Assembly: GCF_009914755.1 (NCBI RefSeq)
Contig: NC_060947.1
Origin: the human T2T-CHM13v2.0 reference genome, Homo sapiens
Reading direction: 5' to 3' (one strand)
DNA: 64,000 nt
Shown piece after piece: positions 11,700 to 26,389 of this stretch; the first letter of the stretch is position 1; each line of letters begins with the position of its first letter. Made by a program: the position numbers and the translations under genes. The notes under the pieces were generated by a model. It was not told the origin of the DNA and did no database searches. It was given only the letters and a program-made list of their open reading frames with translations.

Positions 11700-14600
11700 C
11701 GAGGAAGGTTTTGGTATCAGACTCCACGACCTCAGAGCGCCCTGCAAATTCCCCCCGGCCCAGTGGCTAGCCCCAGAATGCAAACCTCAAGGCGGGCGCC
11801 CCAGACCAAGCTGACCTAGCCTCTGCCCACCCCCAGCTCACAACCCCGAGGCTCCCACCCCCTGCCCCCGACCGGGTCGGCACCGTGGCGTCCGGCACAT
11901 GCCAAGTCTACCGTCTCCAAGCCAGGCTGCAAGATCCAAAGGTTGGGGCCTGCCGCGGACGGATTGTCCCTGGGGAGCTGAAACCGCCCAGCGGGGAAAC
12001 CCCTCCTCTCGCCCTTCCCCGAAAAGCTTGGCCGCGGTCTAAGCTCCGAGCAAGCGGGCATCCGCTGACAGCCGGGCCTCACGTAAGGCCCACACGCGTC
12101 CCATTAGTCAGCCCGAGTTCCCCTCGGGCGAGCCGCCTGGCGCGGCCCCAAGGCCGGGCTCAGGCGGGGAGAGGGTGCGGGGCCGCAGCGAGCTGCGGGC
12201 GGAGGTGCGGGCTCCGCGGAGCCCGGCCAGGCTCGGTTCCGCGTTCCTGGGCCCGCGGGTAAGCTGAGTCGGCGGGGCAGGCCGCTCCCTGGCTGGCGCC
12301 GGGGCGCCAAGCTGCGCTTCACGTGCCCGCCATATCAGCAGCAGCGGCGGCGGCGGCGAGGAGGGGGTGCTGGGAGGCGCGCGGCCGTTCCCGCGGGGTC
12401 TCCGGACCCCGCCTCCCCGCCCCTCCCCGTGGGGGCTGGGCCGAGACCACCCTGCGGCCCCCATCCCAGCGCAAGCCGAAAGCGGCGCTGCCAGACGCAG
12501 AGAGGCTCCTGGGGCGCCGTTCCGAGAGCCGCGCGGCGGCAGCAGCCAGGGGAGGGTGCTCCTCGCGGCCGCCCCGCCGCCGCCGCCGCAGTCACGGGGA
12601 CCGGAAGCCCTCGCGCCGCCCCGAGCGGCCTCCGCTGGCCCCAGGGCTGTTCCAGACGAGGGCTGGCCGCGCGTCACCCCTGATCCCTCCTCGCCCCAGG
12701 CGACCACCCGGGCCCTGCGGTATCCCGGTGTAAGCCGAGAGGACCCTTCCTGCGGTCCGATGAGATGTCCCTGTCCCTCTGCTACCACCATAAGCACGCC
12801 CCCCCGCACCGCTCGCAGCTCCGCAGCTGGGACCGGAGGGGCGCGGAGCCGCCACTCCGGCCGGGCAGGAACACCTGCTCCCAGGCCCTGCAGCTGGGCG
12901 CGTGCTGCTGTGAGAGGCTGCCTACTGTTGTGTGCAGAGATCGCGGAGGAGAAAATAGGGCTCCGAAGCTCAGGGCCAGGAGCAGCCAAGCCTCGGCCAC
13001 CCCCATCTCCCACCCACTGCAGGCGACAGAGCGCGAAGCCAGAGGGCCTGCTGGGGGCCCGGGTCTCCTTTCGAAGGTCGAAGGGCCGCCACCCCTGGGA
13101 TCCGGCTTCTGGCCTGAAGAGGTCGTTCATAAAACAGATGGGGCAAAACCTGTTTTGGGAGCCTTCCCAGTGTCCGCCCCCGCTCTCCAAACCAGACACA
13201 CTCATCTCCCCCTCAGCCCTACTCTAGCCTCCGGCGGGGGACGGGAGTAGGTCATGGCGGCACCGGTACTCCACCCGCCCCCCTCCACGTAGGGACGTAG
13301 GGTCGGCTGCGGGGCTCGGACTTTGCCACTCCACCTAGGGAAGGGCCAATGGACGCTCCCCGTCTCCTCCGTGTCCGGAGGAGATCCGGCGGCGGAGCTG
13401 ACCTGCAAGGCTTGCCCTGCCTCACCCACCCCCCACCTCCGTCCCACCCTCCCCGACTCTCCTGGCCCAGGGCCCGGCCCGGGAAGGCGTTGTTTTGCCA
13501 GCGGGAGCCGAGCGAGTGCACAGAGAAAAGCCTCCCTACTCTAATGAGAGTGCACACAGCGCTGCAGCGAGGAGGATGATTACCCGGCGGGCGGGGGGCG
13601 CGGGCTCGGGCCGCGGGCGGCGTGTGCGGCGGCCCCGCGGGCCCGGAGTCCCCGCCTGTCTGGCTGCTAATCGCACGCTTTCTGCTGTTACGGAGGCAGG
13701 CGGGAGCCGGCGGCCGAGCCCAGCGCCGACGACTCGGCGGGTGACACGGAAACATGGCGCAGCGCCCCTCCCCCGCCCGCGCTCCCGCCTCCCGCCCTCC
13801 CCGCGCTCCCGCCTCCCGCCTCGCACTTCCTCCCGCCCGCGCGGCTTTTGCAGTTTTAATGCTCTGCTTTCGGCCTGGCACCATTACGCTAGCAGCCGCT
13901 TCTCCGCGGCCCCGCGCGTCTCTTTCCCCTTTGTTTTCGGGGTCTATAGAAAACGTTTGCTTTTGTCCCGAGCTCTCGTTAAACCAAACTTGTGGTGGCA
14001 ACGGAAGGCGGTGCAGGCGGGGAGGGGTCCGGGGATTTTGGCAGTAGCCGGCCAGAGCGTGGTGGAAACTTCTCTCGCTGGGTTCTCCGCTCCCTCCCAC
14101 TCCCCCTCCCCAACACAGAGCCGCCGGCCTCCCGACGCTTCTCCCTTCGCCCCCGAGAGGCCCCAGTGCTCCAGGAAGGTCTGGGCCACAGAGACTGTGA
14201 CCAGGGGTGAAGAACTCAGAGTGCGTGTCTGTGAGCCCCGAGGTTTTGGCACTCGATGACCTTGCTCCCTGCAGCCCCGACTTACCTCTTTCCCTTTGGT
14301 CATTCGGGGCTTTGTATCAGTCGGTGAAGAAGGGGAGGGAAGAGAAAGTGTTTCTTTCGTGCGTGTGGTTTTTATTTTAAGGATTTGTTGGAATCTGTCA
14401 CCCCCAACTGCACAGCCCCCTCCCGTATAGGATCTAGGGCGAAAGCGGGGAAACGTCGGATTTAGGGGGAAAGGGTCGGGTCAGAAACCTAGCCCTGGAG
14501 GCTGGATCGTACTCTCCTGGCGGGCTCAGCCACACTTGGTCGGCACGCGGGGCGGGGCGACCCAGCAGAGTGGGGGACGCAAGGGCCAGGTCCCTCGGTC

Positions 14601-17240
14601 CAGGAGACGCCAAACGTTCCAACCTTGGAGCGAGAGAGCAGGAACCCCCGCCCCCACCCAAGCGCGCGCGCTCCCTAGCTCGACGCGCAAGCCGTGGCTC
14701 TCCGCGCCAGAGCTGCTCAGGCGGCAATTTTTTAAGCCTGCAATTAAGCGAGGCGTCGCCGTGTCCTCTGCTAGTGTCGGTCCTGTCAGTCGCACATGGC
14801 CTTGGTGCTCCGGTCCGAGGCCCCGCGATTAGTCACAGGCTCGCTTCGCTCCTTCCCTAATCCGCCTCTGCAGGCAGCCTGGGGACGCGGCCGACTTGGC
14901 GGCGCTGGCAGGGAGCCACTGCCCGCGGGGCGGGCCTCCTGACCAGTGCCAGCCCCGCTGCGCCCGAGCCGGCGCGGGCCCTGGGGTGCGGGTTTGGCGC
15001 CCCTCCCCTCTCACAGCCCCCTGGCTGGGGTGGCGGCGCCCCTCCTCCTCCCGCCCCTCTCCCGGGCCTGCGAGATCTATTTGTGTGGTGTCATTTGCAT
15101 AAAAATAGGACAAGTGTTTCTGTGCGTTCATACGCGGGAGGCGAAATCCTTATTGATGTGTCTGTGTGGAGCCTTCGATTGTCGGAGCGGTTTGATTTAG
15201 GGTGTTTGTGTTGCCTTCTACAAGAAAGGAGAGAAAGTCCTTCTCAACTCCTTCGGCGGCCTGGGCCCCCAGAAGCATGTCCCTCTGCGCGGCCGGAATG
15301 GTCCACCACTTGGGCCCCAAGCGCGCCGGATCCACAGCGAGCAGGTTGAGGGCCAGGCGGGAGGCCCATTATGACTCATAAAATCGGGCGGCCTAATCGC
15401 CAGCTGCCAACCCATTTACATGTGGAGCTTCCCAATGCTCCCTTCGCCCGGGCCCGGCTTCCTGAGGGTTTGCCCCGACACAGCTAGAGCCGCCAAGTGG
15501 GAGCTAATCTAGTGGCCTCTCCTTCCCGTCGGCAGCGTGGCTTCCCTTCCCCGGCGACCCCCGCTCTCTTGGCCTACTGCGCTGCTCGCCAGCAACTCCT
15601 CAGCTTGGACAAATAGCTGGGAGGGCGCCGGCCGCGCGGAGCCAGTAAATCAATCATTAACTCCCAAGCGAGGCCTGGACCAGGGGAGGGAGCGGCGGCC
15701 AGAGCCGAGTCCGCGAGGCGAGCGCAAAGCCTCCACCGGGGTTAGGAGCCACCCACGCGCCAACGAACCGGGTGCGTGAAGGCGGGTCCCGCCATGGCCT
15801 CCCGGGCCCCTCCAGAAGCCTCCGCCCGCCGGGCCTTTCAAGCCCGCACCTTGCCTGGCCAGGCAGGTCGCGTTACAGCGCTGCCCCTGGGAGAGCTTGA
15901 ACATTAACGAGTCGCCTCGGGCCTCAGCGGCCTGCTCTCCACAGGAGAGCGTCCCGCGCTTGGGCAAGCTCCTCGGATCCGGCCGGGCTCCTCCTGGCTC
16001 AGGCTTGCTAAACCAAACTGATCGCACCCTGTATCGACCAATCTCCCTGCGGCACCCTCTTCCCTCAGCCCACGGTGGAGCCGGCACGCAGGGGGTTAAA
16101 AGCCCCGGTTCGCTCTGGCTCCTCGGCTGCGAGGAGAAAACGCTGATCAAAGTGCTTAAGGGGAAGGTAACACATGCACATTCGGTCCCGGGTCGAAGGA
16201 GGCCGACTGGAGACGGCTCCCGAGCCACCCGCCTCGACCCGCTTCCCACACTCCCGGGAACGCGGCGGCGGCGGCGGCCCTGGCCCGCACGATTCGCTCG
16301 GCGGAGCGCTGCGCTGCTGGGCTGGGAGGGCGGCGGGGAGGAGGAGAGACGAGGGGGCGGGAGGCGAACCCGGGCTGCGCGCCAAGAGGCCCGGAGCCGC
16401 AGATTAGTCACCGCTCGGCTCTGCGCTCCCGGGTGCGCCCGGGAACCGGGAGGGCAGGCGTCGGCCCCGCTCAGCCGGGCTCCCCGGTCCTCGGCGCGGG
16501 TGCCCCCACCCCCACCCCCGCGCGCTCCTGGCGCGGCTGGCTCGACTCTCGGGGACCCGCGCAGCCGAGATCCACTTGTCAGGTCAAGGGCAGGACAGAA
16601 ACTCTGCAAGCGGAGTCTTGCTTGCGAACAGGAAATTTCTCCTTGATGAGGTGCTGCCCCTCCCCCACGCCGGGCTTCAAAACAAAACTCCAGAGCGGGC
16701 GGCCAGGTACCCAGCCTCGCTCGCCATGGCCGGCGACCTCCGCTCCTCGGCCCCGGCCCCGGGCGGCGGAGCCAAGCCAACAGAGCCGGCGGACGGACTC
16801 GGCGCCGGCCCCGCGGAGGGCGCCAGGCTGCCACCCTCCGGGGCCCGGACGGGGTCGGCGGGGGTGCGGAGCCCCGGAGCCCCCGCGCCTCCCCAGGTTC
16901 TACAGCCACCGAGCGGTTTTGCGGAGCTGCCCGAGGCCGCCGGGTCAGCGGCTCCCCGGAGGGCGTGGGGGGCGGGGAGGCCGCGCGGCGCCGCCGACTC
17001 GGCGAATCCCGCTGCGGGAGCCCGGGAGGGCTGCGAGCTCGGCCTGGCAAAGTTCCTGTGGAAACTCCATGTTTTGAAACTCCTGCGGCGTCGCAGAAGG
17101 AGGGGGAGAGGGGAGCGCGGGAAGCGCGCGGGGGCGGTCTGCACCCGCCTCTCCCCGCCGGGGAGTGGGTTCCGCGGCCCCCCGGGCCTCATGGGAAAGC
17201 TGGAGGGCGGGGACGGCCGGGTCCCCGGGCCCGTTCTTTT
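11700..17240. promoter_or_regulatory. CpG island 2 (alternative promoter or enhancer domain)
   Basis: About 5.5 kb of dense CpG, repeat-free, with an abrupt AT-rich boundary near 17240. Confidence 0.9.
13776..13820. repeat. Tandem duplication of CCCGCGCTCCCGCCTCCCGCC (period 24)
   Basis: Copies at 13776-13796 and 13800-13820. Confidence 0.75.
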
Positions 17241-17874
17241 GTGTGTTCTCTCTCTCTTCCACACTCTAAGAGAAATTTATAAACCCGTTTCATTTAATGA
17301 ATTCACCCGGGAGAGGAAGGCTGCCTTTTTAGGGACCATGATGTTCAGGGTAATTTCGTATTTGACACATGTAAATACTTAGTACTCTCAGGTAAGGTCA
17401 AATTATTTATCATCTTAATTTATATTTCAATAGGCCTACAATTTAGAGGCGAGAAATGCCTCCTTATGAATCATTATGGTCTATTAGGGGAAGTAATGTA
17501 TAAACAGCACTATTTGGGAGGGAATCACTTATGTTGACATTTAAATAGCTCTTCAATAGTTAAAAAAAAGACATTTGAGTGTCTTTGATTAAATATACAA
17601 TTTACAAGACCATCAGCATAGCCATCAGGAATATAAATTCTTCTTGGAATTTTTATTTATTTCCAATTTTTGAAACCTTCCAGGGCATGCGTGTCATTGA
17701 ATCCCTATGGGGGAAAAAAATCTTAACATTTCAGGCAAAATATTCTCCTCTCCCCTAGCTTCCTGTCTTATCAGGAACTCAGGGAACTTCTGGAACTCTG
17801 AGCACACTTCACCAGCAGGGACCACAGTGGGAAGTTTGTAGATCCTGTACCTCTAAGACAATCAACCATTTTCT

Positions 17875-18298
<424 letters not shown>

Positions 18299-18685
18299 TG
18301 AACCTTCCAGAAGGCCAGTGTCTGTCCATCCATCCTGATGTTCCCGCAGCACCCAACATAGGATCTCACACTGTTTTAAGTCATCGTTTCATACCTGCTA
18401 AAATATCACCTTCTTAGAGGCTTTTCCTTGCTGCCTCCACCCTCACCCCCCATACCCTTTCTTGAAAGGCCCCTTGTTATACTTCTTTGCTTGAAGCATC
18501 ACCCATCTTTATAATGCCCCTTCTTAACCTCGCATCTCCTTTGCTGGTTCCCTATTTATCTGTTTCCCTGTACACCTGGACTTCTTGAAAGAGGTGTCTC
18601 CATCCATGTGGAATTTCTGCAGGCTTACCTCATGTTCACTCTAAAAATCAGCTAGTCATGAAGTTATTTTAAGACACTGGAATAA

Positions 18686-18950
18686 GTGCAGCTTTGTTTA
18701 TAACAGCATAGGATTATAAACAACCTAAAGAGTCAGCAGTGACATTGATGGCACATGCATACAATGGAATATTCTGTAGCTGTTAAAATAATAAAGAAGA
18801 TCTGCTCTGTGTATTGATATGGAAAGACCCCCAAGGTCTACAGTTAAGGAAAAAAAAATAAGGTACAGAGCAGTGTGTACCATCTGCTACAGTTTGTGTA
18901 AAAACAAAATAGGGGGGAATATAGACACATATTTGTGTGTGCATTAAAGA
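18686..18950 (+). mobile_element. Old L1 (L1ME-like) 3' fragment
   Basis: CATACAATGGAATATT...TGATATGGAAAGA...AAGGTACAGAGCAGTGTGTA resembles the L1ME 3'UTR. Confidence 0.65.
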
Positions 18951-19339
18951 TTTCCAACACTGCAGGGGAGTGCCCCCTTCCCCCCCAGTTTCTCTGTAGA
19001 TATGCATGTCCTCTGGTCTACTTTCAGAAATGGGAACACACTGCACAATCTGTTCTGTACCTCACCTATGAAACTTATCAATATATCTTACTTTTCTAGC
19101 AACACATGGAGACAGGCCTTGTCAATTTCCAGGCTGGTGGAATTTCACTGTATAGACACATGGTCATTTATCTCACTCCTCAACCCCTCCATCCTCCCTG
19201 GCCATTCTGCAGAAAGTGCTCAAGATCACTGGTTACTTCCTTGTTGCCAGGAGTGGGGGCCGGGGTGGGGGGGCGGCGTTGTTTTTCAGTCCTTGCCTTC
19301 CTTGGCCTCCCAGAAGCATTTACCACACCATGACCACTG

Positions 19340-19575
19340 CTCCCTTGAGCTGCTTGCTCACAGGGTTTTCATCCTAGCTGAGAACCGCTTTCAATTTCTT
19401 TGTGGGCTTTTCTATGCTCTACCAGTTGCCTTGGGCCTGGATCCTCCCCTTCCTCCCCACCAGTCTCATCCAGGTTTATGGCTTTAAATACCACCTACTT
19501 ATTGATGACTTACATTTTTTTTTTCTAGTTCCAAATCCCCATATCAAACTTCAAACTTGGTATCTCAACTTTGCA
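19340..19575 (+). mobile_element. L2 fragment
   Basis: ATGGCTTTAAATACCACCTAC...TGATGACT L2 motif. Confidence 0.6.
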
Positions 19576-19589
19576 TCTACGCTCAGCTT

Positions 19590-19840
19590 AATAACAATAG
19601 CAAGCATTTACATCACGCCTGTTAGGTTGAAGCTCTCTTCAAAGTGCTTTCTATAAATTAACTATTAATCCTTACAACTGCCCTATAAGGTAGGCAGAGT
19701 TATTATGTACATTTTTTCCAGATGAGGAAACTATCAGAGAAGTTACTGAACATTCCTAGAAAATGGTGGTGCTAGGATTCAAATCCAGGCAGTCCTATCT
19801 TCAGAGTCCATGGTCCTAATCACTTTGCCACACTGCCTCG
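19590..19840 (-). mobile_element. MIR
   Basis: Core CAGATGAGGAAACT and GGATTCAAATCCAGGCAGTC. Confidence 0.8.
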
Positions 19841-19849
19841 TTGGCATGT

Positions 19850-19932
19850 GTCTCGAACTCCTGACCTCAAGTAATCCACCCGCCTCTGCCTCCTAAAGTG
19901 CTGGGATTACAAGTGTAGCACCGCGCCCAGCC
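19850..19932 (-). mobile_element. Alu left-arm fragment
   Basis: GTCTCGAACTCCTGACCTCAAG...GCTGGGATTACA. Confidence 0.85.
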
Positions 19933-20397
19933 ACAACTGAATTCTAAAAAGAGGAATTAATTTACAAATATTTGGGGGCATTTAATAAATGCCAGGCCTT
20001 GTAGCGGGTGCTAGGGAAACAGTGGTGAGCAGGACAAATGTCTCTTAGATAGAGAAGAGCTTTTCCTTTAGAACCTGCTCTTTGCTTTAACTCCCTTCCC
20101 CATCACAGAAAATGGCTCACCCACTCAGGTGCTTAAAGCAGAATCCTAGGGGGCCATTTTTGACCCATTTTCATTCATCTCCCCCTCACCTTCCTCCAGT
20201 CCACTGGCAAAGCTAACCCATTCTACTTCCAAATAGTCTATCTAGTAAGCCTACTTCTTCCCATTTTCCTACATCCACCTGAGGCCAGGCCACCATCTTG
20301 GGCCTGGATTATTATACAGGATGATTATTCTAGCAATCTCTGTGCTGCCACTTTTGCTATCCTCCAGTCCACCCGCAACGTGGCAGCTAGAAAGATC

Positions 20398-20432
<35 letters not shown>

Positions 20433-20444
20433 TTTTGAGACAGG
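20398..20444 (-). mobile_element. (TATT)n tail plus extreme 3' end of a minus-strand Alu
   Basis: (TATT)n followed by TTTGAGACAGG. Confidence 0.7.
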
Positions 20445-20446
20445 AT

Positions 20447-20729
<283 letters not shown>

Positions 20730-21022
20730 TTAGCTCACCCTCTGAAGGCCAACCACACAGGCCTGCTATCAGCTCCTGAATAGGCTCTGCGGGTTGGTCC
20801 CTGGGAGGTCATCTCCCTCAGCAAGACCGTATCGTCCATAATGGTACAGTGTATCATCACCAGGTGCTAAGCTTGCATCAGTGTGCAGCGATGTACATAT
20901 ATCCATAATGTTCTCAGAATTTTGTTTCTGGCTGTATGTGCCCAGTGCCTAGCATGGTGCTCACCACATATTGATGAAAAAAAAATCTGATAAACAATAA
21001 ATGAAGTATTGCATGCCTAATA

Positions 21023-21324
21023 CTTTTTTTTTCTTTCTTTCTTTCTTTTTTTTTTGAGATAGAGTCTCACTCTGTTACCCAGGCTGGAATGCAGCAGCAC
21101 GATCTCAGCTCACTGCAATCTCTGCCACCCGGGTTCAAGTGATTCTGCTGCCTTGGTCTCCTGAGTAGCTGGGATTACAGGTGTGTGCCACCAAGCCTGG
21201 CTACTTTTTGTGTTTTTAGTAGAGACAGGGTTTCACCATGTTGGCCAGGCTGGTCTCGAACTCCTGACCTCAGGTGATCTGCCCACCTCAGCCTCCCAAA
21301 GTGCGTGAGCCACTGTAGCCAGCC
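21023..21324 (-). mobile_element. AluSx-like
   Basis: Full dimer with a 13-nt internal deletion near 21304. Confidence 0.93.
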
Positions 21325-21938
21325 ACTTAATACATTTTTGCTAACTGAATCGGTATTCTATATCCTGGCTAGAGAAGAAACCAGGTTCAAGAGAACAAGA
21401 CAGTTGTGGAGAGGGTGCTATAGGAAAGGGGGTACCTGGACTGGTGGGGAGTGGCTCTGTAGTTCTGGTGAGGATTGGGGCAGAAGAAATTAGGAAAGTG
21501 AAGCATAAGGCTGGGGGAGACACTGTCTTTTGGGGAGGCCCGTGGGAGTATGGGACACCTGTGTACAGGTCTCTGTCGGCTGGAGGAGCCAAGTGACCTG
21601 GTGTGCATGCTGGTGGGGAGGCCTTGGGAGTCCTGTCCTTAACTAAGTCCTGCAGAATATCATCCCCAGGAGATGAGAAAGCCAAAAGGAAGACAAAACC
21701 CAAACCAGAGCCTTCTTAGAGTACTTTGCCTATTGCCAATCATTTGGTCCTTAACTTAGTGGCAGAAGATTGAGACTGTCTTTCTCCTTGAGACCCTAAG
21801 AAACCAGAAGTGTAGGTTCTTCTCACAGCTGACCCTGGGCAATTGGAGTTCTCTGAATTCCATGCCATTTGACCTCTAACAGTAACTGTGTCCCTGCGCT
21901 GTTTTTGATAGCAAAGCAAGTCTTTTAACAATGAATAA

Positions 21939-22396
<458 letters not shown>

Positions 22397-22712
22397 CTAC
22401 GGGGATTCTACCTGACTCCAAACCTAGGCTCTTTCCCATAGGGTATATTGTTTGTCTGTCATGCATATGCACTGTTTCCCCAAACCTTTAACTATTTCTG
22501 GGACCAGATCCTACATAGCTTCTGCAATTGCATCCTTCTGGGCCCATCCTGGCAACTCGCCAACTGCAGTAAGTATCATAAAAGGAGTTTCTTTCTTTCT
22601 GGGATCAGCAGGCCTCAGCTCATCTGTTGTGTTCACCATGGGAACCTAAGAATTGATCATCTGAATGAAGAGTTGCCTTCCTTCCAGGTAAGCCTTGAAA
22701 AAGTGTGGGGCC

Positions 22713-23029
<317 letters not shown>

Positions 23030-23435
23030 TCAAGGGAAGGACTTCCTCCCCAGAACAAATAGATTCTGTTTGAAAAATACCTGTACCTCCACCAATACTA
23101 AATTATGGCTCAATGTCTGGCGAGATTATAAGCTACCTTGCCCTTTCATATTCCTGGGCAACACTTTTCCCCGTTTTGAGCTTCCATAAAGACTACTCTT
23201 GTCCTTACCATGGGAAAAGGTAGTTCACGAAGGGATAACATGGGAAGAACTCATCACACAGCTCTTCTGAAGCAGAAGAGCTCTTGGGATTTGAGGAAAA
23301 GAGAGTCACTAATGTTCTTCAGCTCCTAGAAGAACAATAGCTAGAATTTATTAAGGGCTTTCTATCTGCCAGGCACAGTTCTAAACATTTTATACACATT
23401 AATAATCTCATGTCATATAGAAAACTGTCCTATAT

Positions 23436-23764
<329 letters not shown>

Positions 23765-24949
23765 TCAGATGGGGAAACTGAGGCTTAGAGGATAATTAAT
23801 TTGCCTGCTTGCCTGGAAGCTCACTGCCCATTCCCAAAGCCCAGACTTATTCATGCCGTCACAGCCCCTGCCATCACGGTGCAACACTAGCAACTAAATT
23901 TCGGACTTTCCAGGCACCTGTGGTCAGCTTCATTACTCTGCCAATTGCACAAGTTCATGCTAATTGGGTGCTTTATTTGGATCTGAAGGCAGTGGCCTTA
24001 CTGCATCCTGGCATGCAAATGATGTCCCCTGAGGACACGATGGGCAATGAATTTGTCCTGCAGGTCCCTGTGAGAGGCCTTTTCTCTTCTGTAGCTTCCT
24101 AAGCAGAAGCTATGGATGATCCACAGACAGAAGGTGGTCATCTCTAACCTGTCCTGTGACAAAGCATGCTGGTCAGCCAGTGGATGCCCCCATCGGTTCC
24201 ATGCCAGTGGCTGCACCGGGACCCCTGCTTGCAGGCACAGGGAACCCGGAGGAGAGAAGATCAGTTTCCAAGATAATTTAGGTTCAGTCTTTCTTCAAAC
24301 CAGCCATTGTCCTCTGCTCTAGATCTGACACCGATGATTAATGCGCCTCGTATTTGAGTATTTCTTCTTTTCGGCTTCTTCCTTGCTTTGGGGTTTATTT
24401 TCCAGCTGCTGCCAGAGTTTCTCCTCAGAAGAGAGTAAATACAGACTGGAGCATTGCCCTTGGTGTTGCCCTGAAAGCGTCCCAGGTGTCAGATCGCACT
24501 GGGCCATTCCTGGAGTAGGTGATGTTACTGTTTAGAGTTCAGTGCTAACCCACCACCTCCACCAATCGAGACCTAAGCCGTTAATTATTCTGAAAATACC
24601 AAAAATAAAGATTGCAGGGAAGGCAATTAATAGGATCATACGGTCTATTCCTCATTTGTAATTACATATTATTATTTTTCTCCCTACTTTGTTCCAATAA
24701 TGATTTAAGGCTGCTTCCAAAGATACACAAAACCCAGCAAAGATAAATAGAAGAAGTGGAATATGAATTATAATGTCATGCCTGCTCACAACATCTCTGC
24801 CCCATTCCACATAATAGAAGTGAATTCATAACGCCTTTCAAAAATGAGGTAATTCAGCTATTTTGGTGGCAACACTAGGCTCTTTGTAAAGTGAAAGGGT
24901 GGTACACGATCATGGAAAAACCATGGAGGGGACACTCGATCCCCTTTCT

Positions 24950-25020
24950 AATGCTTGCTTTCTTGGTGTGTGACCTTGGGCAAGTCGCTCACCCTCTCTG
25001 GACTTCAGCTTCTGAAACTC
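24950..25020 (+). mobile_element. MIR fragment
   Basis: TGTGTGACCTTGGGCAAGTC core. Confidence 0.7.
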
Positions 25021-25474
25021 TCAAATGTCTCTGCCAATCCCTGAGGCTTCCTCCTCTTTCTGACGTCCAAGGGCACCATCAAGAAGGCAGAGGCCAGTAC
25101 TACTGCCCTCTGGCATGAGGCTTCCTAGAACTACTATTCGAGAGATAGTTTCCCAGGAAGTATACTATGCTCGCACTCTTTCTCTCTCTCTCTCTCTCTC
25201 TCCACCCCCCCCACCCCTTTTCCTCCCTCCCTATCTGTCTTCTCTCTAACACACCACAGGCACAGAGAAGTCTTTCTGGATGACTGAGATAATAGAACTG
25301 AAATTGTCTCCTCCCCCAAGGCAAGGACCCCCCCTTTCAGGAAAGTGACTTTAAGGGTAGCACTGAGGGGATCTTTTTGGGAGGCGGGGAGTCACAACCC
25401 TTCTGACCTTTCTGTCCTCCCCTCAGGTGTGAGCTTTCACTTTCTTTCCTCTTCTTGCAGTTCAAGACATTCTT

Positions 25475-25814
<340 letters not shown>

Positions 25815-26061
25815 TAGATCCAGTCTTATCTTCCCTTCACCCCCTCTTAACCGCATCTTCCACTTTTGTATCCAGGCAGCATCTAACACAATGCTTAGCA
25901 TGTCATTTGCTTAAAACACCAATGCTGTCCTCTGCCCCACACAAAGTCTCCACTGACCCCCTAGTTCCTCTACTGAGTATTCCACAGGCTACAGGGGCCT
26001 CCTGAGACTGGGCCCTGATCCCTTGCCTCAGGTGGGAGGCTGCTTGGGAGACTCTGTTTTT

Positions 26062-26352
26062 GTTGTTGTTGAGACGGAGGCTCGCTCTGTTGCCCAGGCT
26101 AGAGTGCAGTAGTGCGATCTTGGCTCACTGCAATCTCTGCCTCCTGGGTTGAAGCCATTCTCCTGCCTCAGCCTCCCGAGTAGCTGGGATTACAGGCATG
26201 CGCCACCACGCCCAGCTAATTTTTGTATTTTTAGTAGAGACAGGGTTTTGCCATGTTGGCCAGGCTGGTCTCAAACTCCTCAGCTCAGGTGATCTGCCCA
26301 CCTTGGCCTCCCGAAGTGCTGGGATTACAGGCATGAGCCATCACCCTTGGCC
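26062..26352 (-). mobile_element. AluSx-like
   Basis: TSD GAGACTCTGTTTTT. (TTG)n tail. Confidence 0.95.
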
Positions 26353-26389
26353 TGAGACTCTGTTTTTTAAGATGCAAGCACACACAACA

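Noticed and set aside
15650-17050. 466-aa ORF and other long ORFs in CpG islands (4961-6007, 12108-13205, 13252-14100, 16576-17382)
   Set aside because: Pro/Arg/Gly/Ala low-complexity, overlapping in several frames on both strands, no recognisable domains. Expected from stop-codon scarcity in GC-rich DNA.
24675-24722. Possible ancient repeat fragment (TTGTTCCAATAATGATTTAAGGCTGCTT)
   Set aside because: Too short and diverged to assign without a Dfam search.
25101-25117. CTCF-like core (CCAGAGGGCAG, minus strand)
   Set aside because: Lacks the conserved 5' CC. I found no convincing CTCF site by eye.
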